Positions 13,664 to 26,700 of a stretch of 64,000 nucleotides of DNA are shown here, piece by piece (the first letter of the stretch is position 1; the number at the start of each line of letters is the position of its first letter). The stretch is taken from NCBI RefSeq assembly GCF_030684315.1, contig NC_081373.1:44561173-44625172 (forward strand), read 5' to 3'. The notes under the pieces were generated by a model. That model saw only the letters and a list, made by a program, of their open reading frames with translations, was not told where the DNA came from and searched no databases. The translations under genes were made by a program, and so were the position numbers. This DNA comes from Stegostoma tigrinum (taxonomy: Eukaryota).

Positions 13664-16600
13664 GATTGATAGATTTGCAATTACTAATGACATCAATGGA
13701 TATGAAGACAGCGTGGGAATAATGATATCAATGAATATGTGGACAGCGCAGGAATATGGCATTGAAATAGATGATCAACCATGATCTAGAATTACAAAGG
13801 AGGTTCAAGCCGCTGAATTACCTCCTTCTGCTCAGTGTTCCGAATGTGGATGAGAGTTCATGCTTCGATTGAGAAGGGGATTTGAAACAAGGCTGGAAGA
13901 TTTGCCTTGTTTACATTACAGGAAGAATGCAAACAGTGAAAACCATGACTGTGGAAGACAGCACTAAACTTTACCAGCCGAGGAAAGGAAAGGAATAGAA
14001 ATGCACCCCCGAGAACTAGGAATCATTTTATATTGGATTGGGAAAATCAAATGAACATTAAAGCTCTGTACAAACTGTGCAGCTTTGAAAAATGTATTTT
14101 AGCCATGTTAAAGTGAAGGGGAGGGCTCTGTTAGATAGTTTAAAATATAAGTTTCCGACAGCTGAATCATTTAGTTGATGGTGCTTTTAGTCAGTTACAC
14201 TAAAATTCTTTAAAATATGATATTTTCTTGGTGTCATCCTGTCAACTAGAAATTCAAACTTCCTTTTGAGAGCCACTGGTTGAGTGAGGTTATAACAGCA
14301 GCTTTCTCTGTTGTTCCTCTTTCCCCTATATCGGCATTTCCTTAAAAGTGACGACATCTGGAATTGTTTCCACTTCTGACCAAATCCATGAAATGTTGAT
14401 TCTGAATCTCATTCTTGACATGTTACCTGGTCTGCTGTTTATTACCAGCACTTCCTCTTTAGATTTCACGTTCTCCAAAATATTGCAGTAGTTATTTTCA
14501 GAGCTGATTTTATGTGATTCATTCTGGATCTACAATGTGATGAATGCCAACTGCGTCAGGAGTATTCTTTGTCTAGAAAAAGGATTGTCTTCTTAACAGG
14601 TGTTCTGGTCAGTGTTTGACAACAAAATATCCCCTGAAATGATAACATAAGGAGGAAAGAGGACTGTTGCACACCATCATGAAGCACAGATCAGCCACTG
14701 TGACTTGGCACATCCTTTGACACAACTCTGTTGGCTGATGGCTGTCAGCAGTAATGCTCAGAAAGTTTGGTTTGAGCTGGTGCCAGTCCAGTGTACTCCA
14801 GCAAACCCATGAGGACAACCTCAGGGCAATGAGAAAGCTGTGATACTGACTTGGCATCTGACCATAGCAAGAATCTATCTGCACAGAGATTGGAAAAACT
14901 AATGGAGTGTGCTGTGCAAACAGAGGTCTTAATGAAGCAGTTTCATGAGAGAAAGTCTACTCTACTTCAGAGTAACTAGGGCAGCTGGTATGAATGATAT
15001 ACATGCCAATTTCTTAAAAGCTGTTCTATGTGAGACGTGGGGGAAAAGCAGTAATGGTCTTGGCAAAAGGCATCAGGTGCCAACCACACACACCTTGAAG
15101 TTCTCATTCTGAAGTCGCTGAACCAGATTTGTTGCTAAATCCATCATTTGTATGCCATATTTATGAATTTCACCCACAAAAGGGATTGGAAATTGTCCCA
15201 GCGAGATTGAAAACAATCAAGGAACCTCACAGATATCAATGATTCTTAACAGCTCGCTTGTGTTTACCCCGTGCATTTCTGACACTCCAAACGTCAGCTG
15301 AATAACACCAGAACAGTCAGACTTTCATTCTCCTGAGGAACATGCAGGGACAATTGTGAGACTAGAAAGCATTGTAATGAACCTGCATTTATTTTCACTG
15401 TTTTCAGAAAATGTTTGATCCTGTTCACTTTGCATCTGTTTTAAAGCAGTGGCAGCTCGTGGACAATTTTATCTATAAAGTGTGTTCAAGTGCATGGGTA
15501 AGAGACAGATTGAGCGTGCATCTCCTGAAAGAGATTGAGGAGAGATGGCCCATGTCCATCCACCTTCATGCCATTGTCTATGATGGATTTGATGCCATCC
15601 TATAATCACTAATAATATCAACAGACATGGGATAGTATGGGAATATGGCATTGGAGAAGATGACTAATCATTGTCTAGAGTTGTGGAGCAGTTTTGAGGG
15701 GCTGAATTGCCTGTCCTGTTCCTTTGTACCTATTAAGTGTCCAGTGCTAGCACTGATAGAATTGAGGCATTTATCTTTTACAGCTCATTTGTGTAGCTCA
15801 TGTTTGAATTAATATTTGTATTATGGTGAATGCCATTAACATTACAGGCACAGAACTGCACGTCCACACTGAGGGGAAGAGGGCAGTTCAGTCTGTCATG
15901 TTCAGTGATGCTTTTGGTATGTAATATCTTTGATCAGGCAGTTCTCCTTCATGACAGAAATCAGGAGTCTGGTAAAAAGGGCAGTGAATTGGGGAAAGCA
16001 GAGTTCTAGCCTATTTTGAGTTGTGTCTGAAGATGGCATGAGCCTTACAGTGGGGATATTCTTTCTGAAAGCTCTTGTTCTTTTTAAATACTGTGTTCAA
16101 GACCATTGCACCTACCCGAACTTTATACATCACTGGTCCTGACCTTGCGTCAACCATGCCTCCCACTCATGAGGGGCCATTTCTGTGATTCTTACACCAA
16201 GCTTCATCCCTTGTATCAAACTGTCTCTCTCACTTGGCAGCATCTTGTATCTGGCATTGGCATTCCTGATGCCATTTCGCCCTCTCCCCCAGGTTCAGGA
16301 AGATCAGATTTAACCTTGTGTGGAGTCTTCTACCTATTAGCAATATTCTCAACTAGGTGCCAACCCTGTAGTTGCATAAAGGGCTGGTCCTATAATCAAA
16401 TAAGAACATGACAGCTTGGTATATGGAAGTCATAATTTGTTTCTTTAAGCCTGCCTCCAAATTTTGGATTACTCCTTCTGCAAAACCATTGGATGATGAA
16501 CTGTATGGAGCTATCTTTATATATTGAATCCCTTTCAACTTTAGAAAATGCCTAAACTCCCTGCTGGGAAACAATTATCTGTGACCAAAACTTCTGGGAC

Positions 16601-18919
16601 TCCGTGTATTGAAAAAAAGATGCACACAGTTTTTCTACCGTTGTCCCCATGTTGGAGGAATGGACTCCATACATGCCCAACCATTTTGAGTGCACATCTG
16701 CAATGACTAAGAACATTGAGCCCATGAAAGGATTTGAATAGTCAATGTGTGATTGTGTCCAGGGTTTGCCCAGGCATTCCCACAAATGTGGGGGAGCTGC
16801 TGCCAGTAATTTTTATTCTTATTGACACTTTGGGTACTGTTCCACTAACGTGGCTAAGTCTCCATCCAACCCTGGCCACCAGACATAACTTCTCACCAAC
16901 ATCTTCATTTTGGAAACTCCAGGATGATCCTGATGGGTTTCAACCAGTATCTGGTGGTGATCTTTGCTTGGGGCAATCACTGTTGCTCCCCGTAATAATA
17001 TGCTGTCCTCTACTGTAATCTGATCTCTATGGGTCTAAAAAGGTTTCAATTCTGCTTGTGATGGCCATTTGATTTCTCCCATCACCACCAGCTGCTTCAG
17101 TTTTGAAAGGATAATGTCCAAAGTCTGATATTGTCAGTTGTGGCTGGAAGTGTGTCCAGAAAATTTAAGAGCATTACAGGTTCTTCCAGTGGCAGTACCA
17201 CCAGTGGTATATCTGCTAATGGGAGGTGGCTCAATGCATCTGCATTTGCAACTCGGCCTTCTGGATGGTGTTTTAATTTGCAATTAATAGCACTTATTAT
17301 TGGAATCCGCTGCTGAATTTGGTCTGAAGCTGTGGGTGGCACTGTTTTGTTCTCTTTAAGTAGACCAAGCAGGAGTTTGTCGTCTGTGATTATCCCAAAT
17401 TTTCAACCATGAAGATATTGGTAGAGCTACCCGATTCCAAATCTGACTGCCTAGCCTTTTTTCTCTATCTGCGTGTATGTACGCTCTTTATTAGCCTGGA
17501 CTCATACTCTATTGGTAGTTCCTCTACATTGGGCCATCCATGAGCTAATACCATCCCGATGCCATACGGGGAGGCGTCACAGTACTAGATTTTTCTTGAT
17601 ATCATAGTGTGTCAACACCTTAGAAGTTGCTAACTGGTTCTCAACTCCCTGAAAGCTATGGCTCGGCTCCATGACCATTTCTAAACCCGACCCATTCTTT
17701 AACAATTGATGCAAAAGTGCAAGGATGGTGACTGGGTTATGTCTGAACTTTAGATAATAATTTACCAGCCCAAGGAATGACCTATTAAGTTGCGGTACAG
17801 ATGTAGGAGCTGGGGCATCTTTAATCATCCTCATTTTATCTTCAAATGGGTATAACCCTGTCTGGTCAACTCTGTAGCCCAAGTAGGTCACATGGGAGGC
17901 CTGAGGCATACTTTTTTTTCCATAGGACTACGTCTACGTTCTGTAAGTGTTCCTTATTATTTTTCCCTGATATTAGAACATCATCTAGATAAATAGTGGC
18001 TCAAGGCAGACGTTGTAAACTATTCTTCATTGCCAATGAAAAATCGAACAGGCTGAAGATACCCCAAGTAACAGTCTCATATATTGGTAGCAGCCCTTGT
18101 GGGTATTAATTGTAGTATACTTCTGGGAACCCTTGTCTAAATGCAATTGCGAGCACATATGGCTCATGTCTAACTTTGTGAAAGACAGCTCCACTGCCAG
18201 CTTTGTGTGTAAATCCTCTATATATGTGATTGGGTGTTCATCCAGCTGCAAAAAGTCATTTACTCTTTGTTTAAAATCCCTATAATGCAAACCGACTCAT
18301 CAGGCTTCACAATGGGTGTGATTGGTGCTGCCCATTCTGCAAACTGCACTGTTTTGATGATTCCTTCACTTTCTAGCCTCCTGATTTCTGCCTCTACTTT
18401 TGCCCATAATGCAAATGGCACTGGGTGGGCCTTGCAGAATCACGGAATTGCTTCCTGGTCAACATGCAAAGTGGCCTTGACTCCTATATTAGGCCTAGAC
18501 CTTCTCGAAAAACTTCGGGATATTTAATTAGGATTTCACTCAGGTAGCTATTTTCCAGTTGAATCCAATCCAAATAAATCGCTCACAACCAATTTCTCAA
18601 GCCCAAGCTTCTGACTACAATCACTGGTAACTGAACCAGCTGCGTCTCATAAGACACCAGAGCTAAAGTTATACCCTTCATCTATAAAGGTTGCCTGGGT
18701 AGGTTCTTCGCCTGGCTGAGGTCTTGCACAAAATTAAGGGCTGAAGTCCAGAGCAAATTTTATTAAAGACTGGTTCTGCAATCACTAAAATGGCCACACC
18801 GGTATTGAACTCCATTAGAACCAGTTGGCCATTTAACCAGACATTTATTTTGATTGGTTTTGATTTGGATGTTGCTAAACAATGTTTTAAACCAAATGAA
18901 GGTAGACCTTCCAGGGTAT

Positions 18920-19321
18920 ACTCATTGGAGTTTAGAAGGATGAGGGGTTACCTAATTGAAACTTACCTGATGCTGAATGGCCTGGTCAGAGTGGATGTTG
19001 GGAAGATACTTCTATTGGTAGGAGAATCTAGGACCTGAGGGCACAGCCTTACAGTAAAGGGAAGACCTTTTAGAATGGAGATAAGGAGAAACTTCTTCAG
19101 CCAGAGAGTGGTGAATCCATGGAATTCATTGCCAAAGAGGCTGTGGAGGCCAGGTCATTGAATGCATTTAAGACTGAGGTAGATAGGTTCTTAATTATCA
19201 AGAGGATCAAGGGTTACAGGGAGAAAACAAGAGAATGGGGTTGAGGAACTTATCAACCATGATTGAATGGTGGAGTAGACTCGATGGGCTGAATGGCCTA
19301 ATTTCTGCTCCTATGTCTTAT
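18920..19321 (+). mobile_element. CR1 3' fragment nested in Gypsy
   Basis: YSLEFRRMRGYLIETY and a CR1 3' tail. Possible TSD ggtat (18915-18919, 19322-19326). Confidence 0.9.
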
Positions 19322-19363
19322 GGTATGAAGTCTCCTGGGTACTGGCCTTCAAGCTATCTTACT

Positions 19364-20128
19364 GAATGGGAGGACACAGTATGGCCTAACACACTGACCA
19401 CATTTCCCTACATCAGGAACAGATCAGAACTGACAACAAGACTCCTAAGACTCTAGGAATCATGATGGCCCACAAGCCCACAGCCACTCTACGACAAACG
19501 CTTATAAGGATTAAAGACCCCATTCCCACAACATGCAGAACAAACATGGCTTACAAAATACCATGCAATGACGGCCACAAACATTACATCAGACAGACAA
19601 GAAAGAAAATAGCCATCAGAATACACAAACATCAGCTAGCATCAAAACAGTGCAATGAACTCTCCTTAATATCTGTACATTCAGACAATGAAGGCCTTCA
19701 GTTTAACTGGGAAGGGTCTAGGCCCGAAACATTAGCTTTCCTGCTCCCCTGATACTGCTTGGCCTGCTGTGTTCACCCAGCTCTACACCTTGTTATCTCA
19801 AAGTAACCACAGTAGCCCAAGCCAAACATAGACATGCATGGGAATTCCTAGAGGCATGGTTCTCCACCCATATTTCAATCAACAAACGTATAGAATTGGA
19901 CCCCATATACAAACCCATACAGATCGAAACCAGAAATGACACTGCTCACCATAATGGACCAGACAGTATAAATTCCAAGCGGAGCAGAATAACATTACCT
20001 TCATTGGAGGCTCCATTGATCATGTTCACGTGGCATGGTGATGAAATATCTGAACAAAAACAAGACAGCTCGGCGAGTGAGTCAACAACCTCATCCACAA
20101 CCTGAGCTACAGATCTTTGACAATACTT
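19364..20128 (+). mobile_element. 5'-truncated Penelope-like element (GIY-YIG endonuclease remnant) nested in Gypsy
   Basis: AYKIPCND..YIRQT..IAIRIHKH..H..FNW is a degenerate GIY-YIG domain. 9-bp TSD tatcttact at 19355-19363 and 20129-20137. Decayed hammerhead-like segment at about 20014-20052. Confidence 0.9.
19711..19800 (+). mobile_element. Short Penelope pseudo-LTR fragment of a second family, inserted in the GIY-YIG ORF
   Basis: gaagggtctaggcccgaaac...ttatctca, similar to 2905-2990. Confidence 0.8.
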
Positions 20129-20947
20129 TATCTTACTCATATCTTTATCTTGCTGGCCAGGATCCTGAAGAAAATTTTACTCACTTTGCCAAGGCTTGGC
20201 TTTGTTTTGGGGTTTTGCTATGGGCTGACTTAAAGTCCCTCTGTTTAGGATATGTCTTGAGTGCAATGCACTGTGCAATTGACTTCAGTCAAGTGATGAT
20301 CCCCAAGCTCGGACTGGTGAGGGTGTCCAGTTGCATCAAAATACCCTGCAGCCCATATTCTCCTCTGGCTGCATTTTCTAATGATATAGCCAGATGTAGT
20401 ATCTGTTTGGAGTCCAGTTGAGCTTCAGCCGTTAGACATTTTTGTACGATTACATCGTTAATCCCATATATCAAACGGTCTCTAAGCATTTCCGAAAGGT
20501 CAATCCAAAATCATAAGATTATGCCAGTTGTCTTAACTCAGTCAAAAATCTCAACACTGATTCACCTGGTTCTCGAATTGCTAAGTAAAACTGGTAATGT
20601 CTCAGAATTAAAGGAGGTTTGGACTCATAATATTTCCTAATTATGTCTGCCGGTTCTTGAAATGTTTTAGTATCTGATGCCTCAGGGAAAGCCAGGCTTC
20701 TAATAGCAGAAATAGCTGCAGCTTTGCATGTTTTCAGGAGAATTGCTTGTTGGTTTTTGTCTGTCTCAGTGTTGTTTGTCTGGAAAAATAATGCATTCTT
20801 TTTACATACTGGCCCCAGTCCTCAATGGCAGGCTGAAAGAATCAAGCTGCCCGAACAAAGGTTTGATGTAAGCAATGCTCACCCCAACTCAAAGATGATT
20901 GTTGTGAATGAGTTTCTTAAGGGTTGTTCTTTTACTCTCATCACCAC

Positions 20948-21183
20948 TGAAATAACACCACAGAGGCTGGTTTTCCATCACAAAGTTACCCTTTTATTTA
21001 CATATCAACAGCCTTTGCCTTTAGTGTTGCCTCTTCAGAGTCAGTTGTCAGAATGCCAAAATCTCTGACATTCCTCTTTTTATCTGTCAGCCAGGGCTCC
21101 CTGGTTGGACCAGATTAACAGCCCCAATCAGGGAAGCCATATTCTATGATGTCTTGCTGGGTGACCTTGTAAGAAGCACTGCA
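20948..21183 (-). repeat. 5' LTR of the Gypsy element, with adjacent primer-binding site
   Basis: The LTR ends ...TTTCA on the minus strand and is followed by gTGGTGATGAG (PBS-like, running down from 20946). Confidence 0.8.
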
Positions 21184-21189
21184 GCAAAC

Positions 21190-22175
21190 TGTAACTAGTG
21201 GAGGGCCAAAGCGATCAGTGCTGGAACCATGATTATTTACTTCACTTTAATGATTTGGATGGGAAAGTGAATGCACTCTAGTCAAGTTAGCAAAATATTT
21301 GGGAAAGCAAGTGGGGAGGGCAACTCAAAAACTCTGCAGAAGAACACAAATGGGTGAAGTGTGTGGGCAAAAAAGGTGGTCAGATAGAACAAAATGTGGG
21401 GAAATGTGATGCAATTCACTTTGGCAGAAAGAATAAAAGGGCTGACTATCATTTAAATGAAGGAAGACTGCAGAAATCTGGGAATCCTCATGTATAAATC
21501 ACAAAAAAAAGCTAGCATCCGAGCCTGGTGGGTAATAGGGAAGGTAAATGGATTGTTCCTCTTTATTTCAAAGGAAATGGAGAAGAAACACAAGGAGATT
21601 GTGCCAAAATTATACAAGGCATTAGTCAGGGCACAGGTAGAATACTGTGAACAGTTTCGTGCCCCTTATCTAAGGAAGCTGTACTGGCATTGGAGGCAGC
21701 CCAGAAAAGGTTCATTAGGCCGATCCCATGCATGGAAAAAACTGTCTTACGAAGAGAGATTGAGTAGGTTGGGCCAGTAATCATTGAAATACAGAATACA
21801 AAGTGATCTTATTGAAACAATCAAGATTCTTAGGTGACTTGATGGAGTAGATGCAGAAAAGTTGATTCCCTTGTGAGACAGCCTCAGACTAGAGGGCATA
21901 ACCTCAGAATAAATACTCATCTTTTTTAAGATAGAGATGATGGAAATTTCTTCTCTTAGAGGGCAGTGAATTTATCAAATTCATTACCACAACGAATGTT
22001 AAGATTGGATCATGAAGTAAATTCAAAGCTGTGATGGGCAGATTTTTAATTAATGAGGGAATTGAGGGTTACAGGGAAAAGGCTCAAAAATGGAGGTAAA
22101 GATTGTCAGAGCAGCCGTGATCTCACTGAATGGCAGAGCACACTCAATGGGCTGAATGTCCTGCTTCTGCAGTTT
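21190..22175 (+). mobile_element. Old CR1 fragment
   Basis: LYKALVRAQVEYCEQF..LSYEERLSRLG and a CR1 3' tail. Confidence 0.85.
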
Positions 22176-22199
22176 TGCAGATTTCACAGTTAACTCCAT

Positions 22200-22990
22200 T
22201 AGGGAAGGAATTTCAGGATTTTGGCATGCGAGTAGTCTCATTTTTAGGTGTGCATCTCATTTTTAGGTATGCGCAGTACAGTTCCTGGCATGCACTCCTG
22301 CACTCATCATTGGGCCAGCGTTGATCCCTGGTTTGATGGTAATGGTATAGCGGTGAGGGGAGGGGGGGAAATCTGCCAGGCCATGAGGTTATAGATTTCA
22401 CTAGAGTTCACTCTGTTGCTGCTGATGGCCCACATTGCCTCCTGGATGCCCAGTCCTAAGTGGTTTGACCTGTTTAGCATGGTGTTGGTGCCACTCAACA
22501 TGCTGGTGATATTCTCAATGTGAAGACAGGACTTTGTCTCCACAGGGATTTCTCTTACCAGTATTATCATGGCCAGATGTATCTGTGGCATACAGATTAG
22601 TGAGGACAAGATTTGCCATTCTCATTTCTGAAGCCAAAGTCAATGCCAGGTCATGTTTCATGCCTTTGGAGGCTTTATCAAAGTTAATACAACTCAATGA
22701 TTTGTGAGGCCATTTCAGGGGGCATTTAAAAGTCATGTTATTGCTGTGAGTATAGAGTCACGGATGGACCAAACTAGGTAAAGGTGGCAGTTTTCCTCCT
22801 TTAAAGGGCATTGGTGAACCAGATAGAGATGTTCTCCCAGACAAATGAACAATGGTTTCATGGTCATGGTTACATTATTTTAATTTCACCATTTTATTGA
22901 ATTCAGGCTCCACCATGTGCCGTGATTGATTTGACCCTGGTCCCCAGAACATTAGCTGGGTTTCCAGATCACGAGTCTAATGACATTGCC
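22200..22990 (-). mobile_element. CR1-group LINE fragment joined to a tRNA-derived SINE-type head
   Basis: 22700-22990 matches the SINE body at 1025/58672. 22200-22560 encodes LINE ORF2-like remnants (VETKSCLHIE, DQRWPNDECRSACQE..AYLKMRC). Confidence 0.7.
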
Positions 22991-23599
22991 CCCTAACCTG
23001 GTAGTCAGCGGAACTTTAGTACATTGTGTAGCAAGAGCTGCTGCTGAGGTGGGCATAGTGAATATTTCATATGTTTGGGATTATCTGAGTTAGGAATCAA
23101 ATCTGATTGCATATAAACTGGTTCGTATTCAGTGAGAATGATGATGCTGATATAACGATGACACTGGGAGGCCTTAAACATTTGTATTTGTCAGATTTTA
23201 GCTCAGTTTTAAAGTACTCATCACTTATAGTGACTGTATATGTCTTCAGTAGCATCACTGTAAAATAAATCAGCTGTCACTCCTGTCCCTGCTCACTTGG
23301 CGCACCATTTGCAGATACATTTTGTCCAATGTTGTCAGACATAATTCCAGTGACTATGAAAACAAAATTTCCCAGGAAAGCATGCAACACCTGTCGAAGG
23401 AAGGAGCAAATTTAAAAAAAAATTAACCTCCCCAATTCCTGTGGGTGAGAAAAGGTTGAGGTGCATTACAACTTCAGGATCAGGAGTCCGACCCCCTTCT
23501 TCTGGCTCCTGTATTTGAATCGTAAAGTGTTGTTCACAAATAAACCCTCGCTCAATACAAGGTGTAAAGGTCAATTACAGCCAAGTGGTTTAATGTCAA

Positions 23600-23740
23600 T
23601 GGTGGGCAAGTTATTTGAAAACAACTGCTTGCGATGAAGTTGATAGATGCATAGATGGACGCGGGTTAATTATGGAGAGCCAATACGGATTTCTTAAGGG
23701 AAAATCATGTTTCACTAACTTGCTGGGATTTTTTCTTAAA
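23600..23740 (+). mobile_element. CR1 RT fragment, left part split by the Tx1 insertion
   Basis: SQYGFLKGKSCFTNLLGFF. The coding sense resumes at about 27495 (MNEGAAVDMLHLDF*KPF). Confidence 0.75.
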
Positions 23741-23744
23741 GAGG

Positions 23745-26700
23745 AAGGCTTGGGGCAGCTGCTGCCAAGGTACAGGGCATGATGACCACTCTCCAAGGCC
23801 TTCCTGCCAAAATGTAACAAGAGGCCGTTAAATTCAGGGCTCTAAATGGGAAGGTAATTAACTTCCTTACATGATTAGAAGATTCCTTTTTGCTGTAACT
23901 GGATCGAAGCTCGAATGCCGAACTCCAAATTCCACTGTATTTTCTGCAAAGTCTGTATGGAATTGTTTTGGACTTCTGTACTTACTTTATTCTCAAATCA
24001 TCTATAATTATATTTTTGCAATATATCGACAAAAACTTCAGAGGGTTACAGCACTGATGCACCTGGTTGTGGCCAGATGGGTCTATCTGCTCCAGAATAG
24101 ATTTCCTGTTTGTGTCCCAAGCATTCTCAGTCAAATCCATTGATATCAAGTCAGTGTTCTTCTCTGACTACTGCCTCCTGCTGGCTGACTGTCATCTACA
24201 GGACGACCAGCAGACCAGCAAGGGAAAGTAGAAGCTGAATGCAAAACTGTTGCCCGCAGAGCACACTGAGGAACGCAAAATGATTACATGGGTTGGAGAA
24301 CCCTCTTTGAGTCGATAATGGACTGGTCAGAAACAGTCAAAGGGAACATCAAGAAGTTCTTTATCCTCCAAAGGTTTTAGAAGGCAAGAGAGATGGGAAG
24401 GCTATCTAAACTCTGGAAAAAGCATGCCGACCCTAGTCCTGCTGCAGACAATGGGGATTGATGTGATGGGGGATCTTCAGGGGGTGAAGTGCCAGCAAGC
24501 CTCAGGCTTTGCCTCAAAGGCCTCCGAGATAATCTTCCAATCCAGGATCCACACTGTGAAGCAGGATGAGATGGTGCACAGGCGTCAGCTTTTTGTGGGG
24601 CTCATCCAGTGTCTGTGGTCAACAGCATGAGAGAAGAAGATGGGCCAGTAACATCATCTCAGTCTAACGTCCTGAACATTAGCAAATCTTTTTATGCTGG
24701 TCTGTATGACACGTAGCCCCAGTCGTTCCTGTCCTTTATCATGGAGACCCCAGATGACAGCACGCAGGAGAGGCTGGACCAGTCATTACCTCTGAATGAT
24801 CTGACCAAGGCCCTTGAGTTCTTAGAAAAGAATAAAGCTCTCAGAAGAGATGGTTTACTGGCCGAGTTATATTCAGCTCTGTGGGACTTGTTTGGCTAGG
24901 ACCTGCTGGAGGTGGGCCACAGTATGCTTCTGGCAGGTACCATGAGTGAATCCATGAGGAAAGGCTTCATCACCCTCATCTACAAATGGAAGGGGGAGAG
25001 GGAGAAAATTAGAAATTGGTGACCAATTTCATTGTTGAATATGGATTATAAAAACCTGTCCAAGGTTATTGCCAACTGGGTCAGGCCTGCTCCGGGATTG
25101 GTGATTCCTCCCACCAAACCTGTGCTGTACTGTGCAGGATGATCTCTGAGAACTTTGTGCTCCGCAGGCATACGATCGCCAATGTGCAGGTTAGGAGGGT
25201 GGATGTCTGCCTCATCAGCCTGGACAGGAGAAGGCCTTTGACAGGATATTGCACACCTACATGTGAGATGTGCTTTCCAAAATGGCCTTTGGGGAGAGAA
25301 TCTACAATTGGATCTGACTGCTCTACACCAACATTGTTAGCATAGTCTCAAACATTGGGTAGCAATCTGAAAGCTTCCTGATCCGCTCCAGAGTGAGGCA
25401 GGGCTGCCCAGTCTCTTCTGCTTTGTTTGTGTATTGTATAGAGCCCTTTGCTGAGACCATCAGGAAGGATACAAAGCTGAGAGGGGTGACTATTCCAGGC
25501 AGCAGAGACCTGCAGGTCAAAGTCTTTCTGTACATGGATGAAGTCACCATTTTCTGCTCAGATACCCTGTCAGTACATAGACCCATGAACATCTGTGACC
25601 AGTTTGAGCTGGCCAGAGAGCCATGGTGAATCGAGGCAGGAGTGGGGCTATGTTCTTTGGCAACTGGGCCAACCAAATTTTTAGTTCCTTCTCTGTCAGG
25701 ACAAGTTACCTGAAGGTGCTGGGAATAAGGTTTGGAGGGTCTGGGAATAAGGTTTGGAGGGGCTGGGGCCTGGTCAAAATCTTGGGAGCAGTGTATTGTC
25801 AAGCCTAGGCAGAAACTGGGCTTTTGGGAACACCTTTCCTCTCCAGTGCAGATTGAAACCCAGTATGAGGTACTCTCAGTGTTGTGTATGTGATGCAGGT
25901 CTGGCTCATTCCCCAAGTCTGCACCATTGCAGTCACCTGGGCCATCTTCCACTTCAGCTGGAGGTCTGAGATGGGTGGTGTCAACAGAGACACCGTGAAC
26001 AAAGCTCTAGACAAGCCAGGGGGTGGGGAGTGGGAAAGAACGTACCCAAACATGCCCTCATCCTGATGGCTATCTTTGTGCGTGGCTGTATTAAGCTGTG
26101 CTTCGGCCCCCAGTCTGCAAACACCAAGTGTCACTGAGTACTCAGGTTCTACCTGTCCCCAGTGTTGTGAAGGATGGGACTGGCCTCACTGCCACAGAAC
26201 GCTCCAAGTAGTTGGATTGTCCCATACCACCTGCCTTTCATGGAGAAATTTACAAAGAAAATCACCTTCGACCACAAGTCTGTCTGGAGGTGGTCAGCAT
26301 GTAACGCCCTCGAGATCCTGAGGGAAAAGGATAGGGTGGATCCCGTTGCGTATTTCCCTGAATAGACTGTCAAAGTCATTTGGCAGAATGCCTCATTGCC
26401 AGAACTTTTCAACATGCACCAAGACGTTGCTTGGCGGGTGGTGAGGGGTGGGGGGGAGGGGGTGCGAGATCTCACATGTACGCCCGGATTGTCTGTACCA
26501 CTGTGCACTGCCCACAAAACAGCTGTGAGGGGAGTGGGAGGGTGAGACTATCACATATCTGCTGCTGAAATGTGCCTTTGCAAAGGAAGTCTGGAGAAAG
26601 ATGTAGTGTTTCTTGTTGAGGTTCATCCCAAGAAGTTCCATGATGCAGGACTCCATGCTGTACAGGCTGTTTCCTAGAATTCACACTGAAACAAATATTG

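Larger units (their letters stand above)
16080..21183 (-). mobile_element. Decayed Gypsy/Ty3 LTR retrotransposon (5' LTR, PBS, gag, PR, RT, RNase H, IN); 3' LTR not found
   Basis: gag LRDRLIYGIND. Protease-like ELNTGVA (about 18800). YLDD at 17980-17991. FLGLVNYY, DASPYGIG and NADALS. Integrase HIDY..PFMGSMFLVIADVHSKWL and SSNGFAE. Domain order RT-RH-IN. Confidence 0.95.

Noticed and set aside
25323-25952. 209-aa minus-strand ORF
   Set aside because: Antisense shadow of the Tx1 RT region, with no independent protein features.
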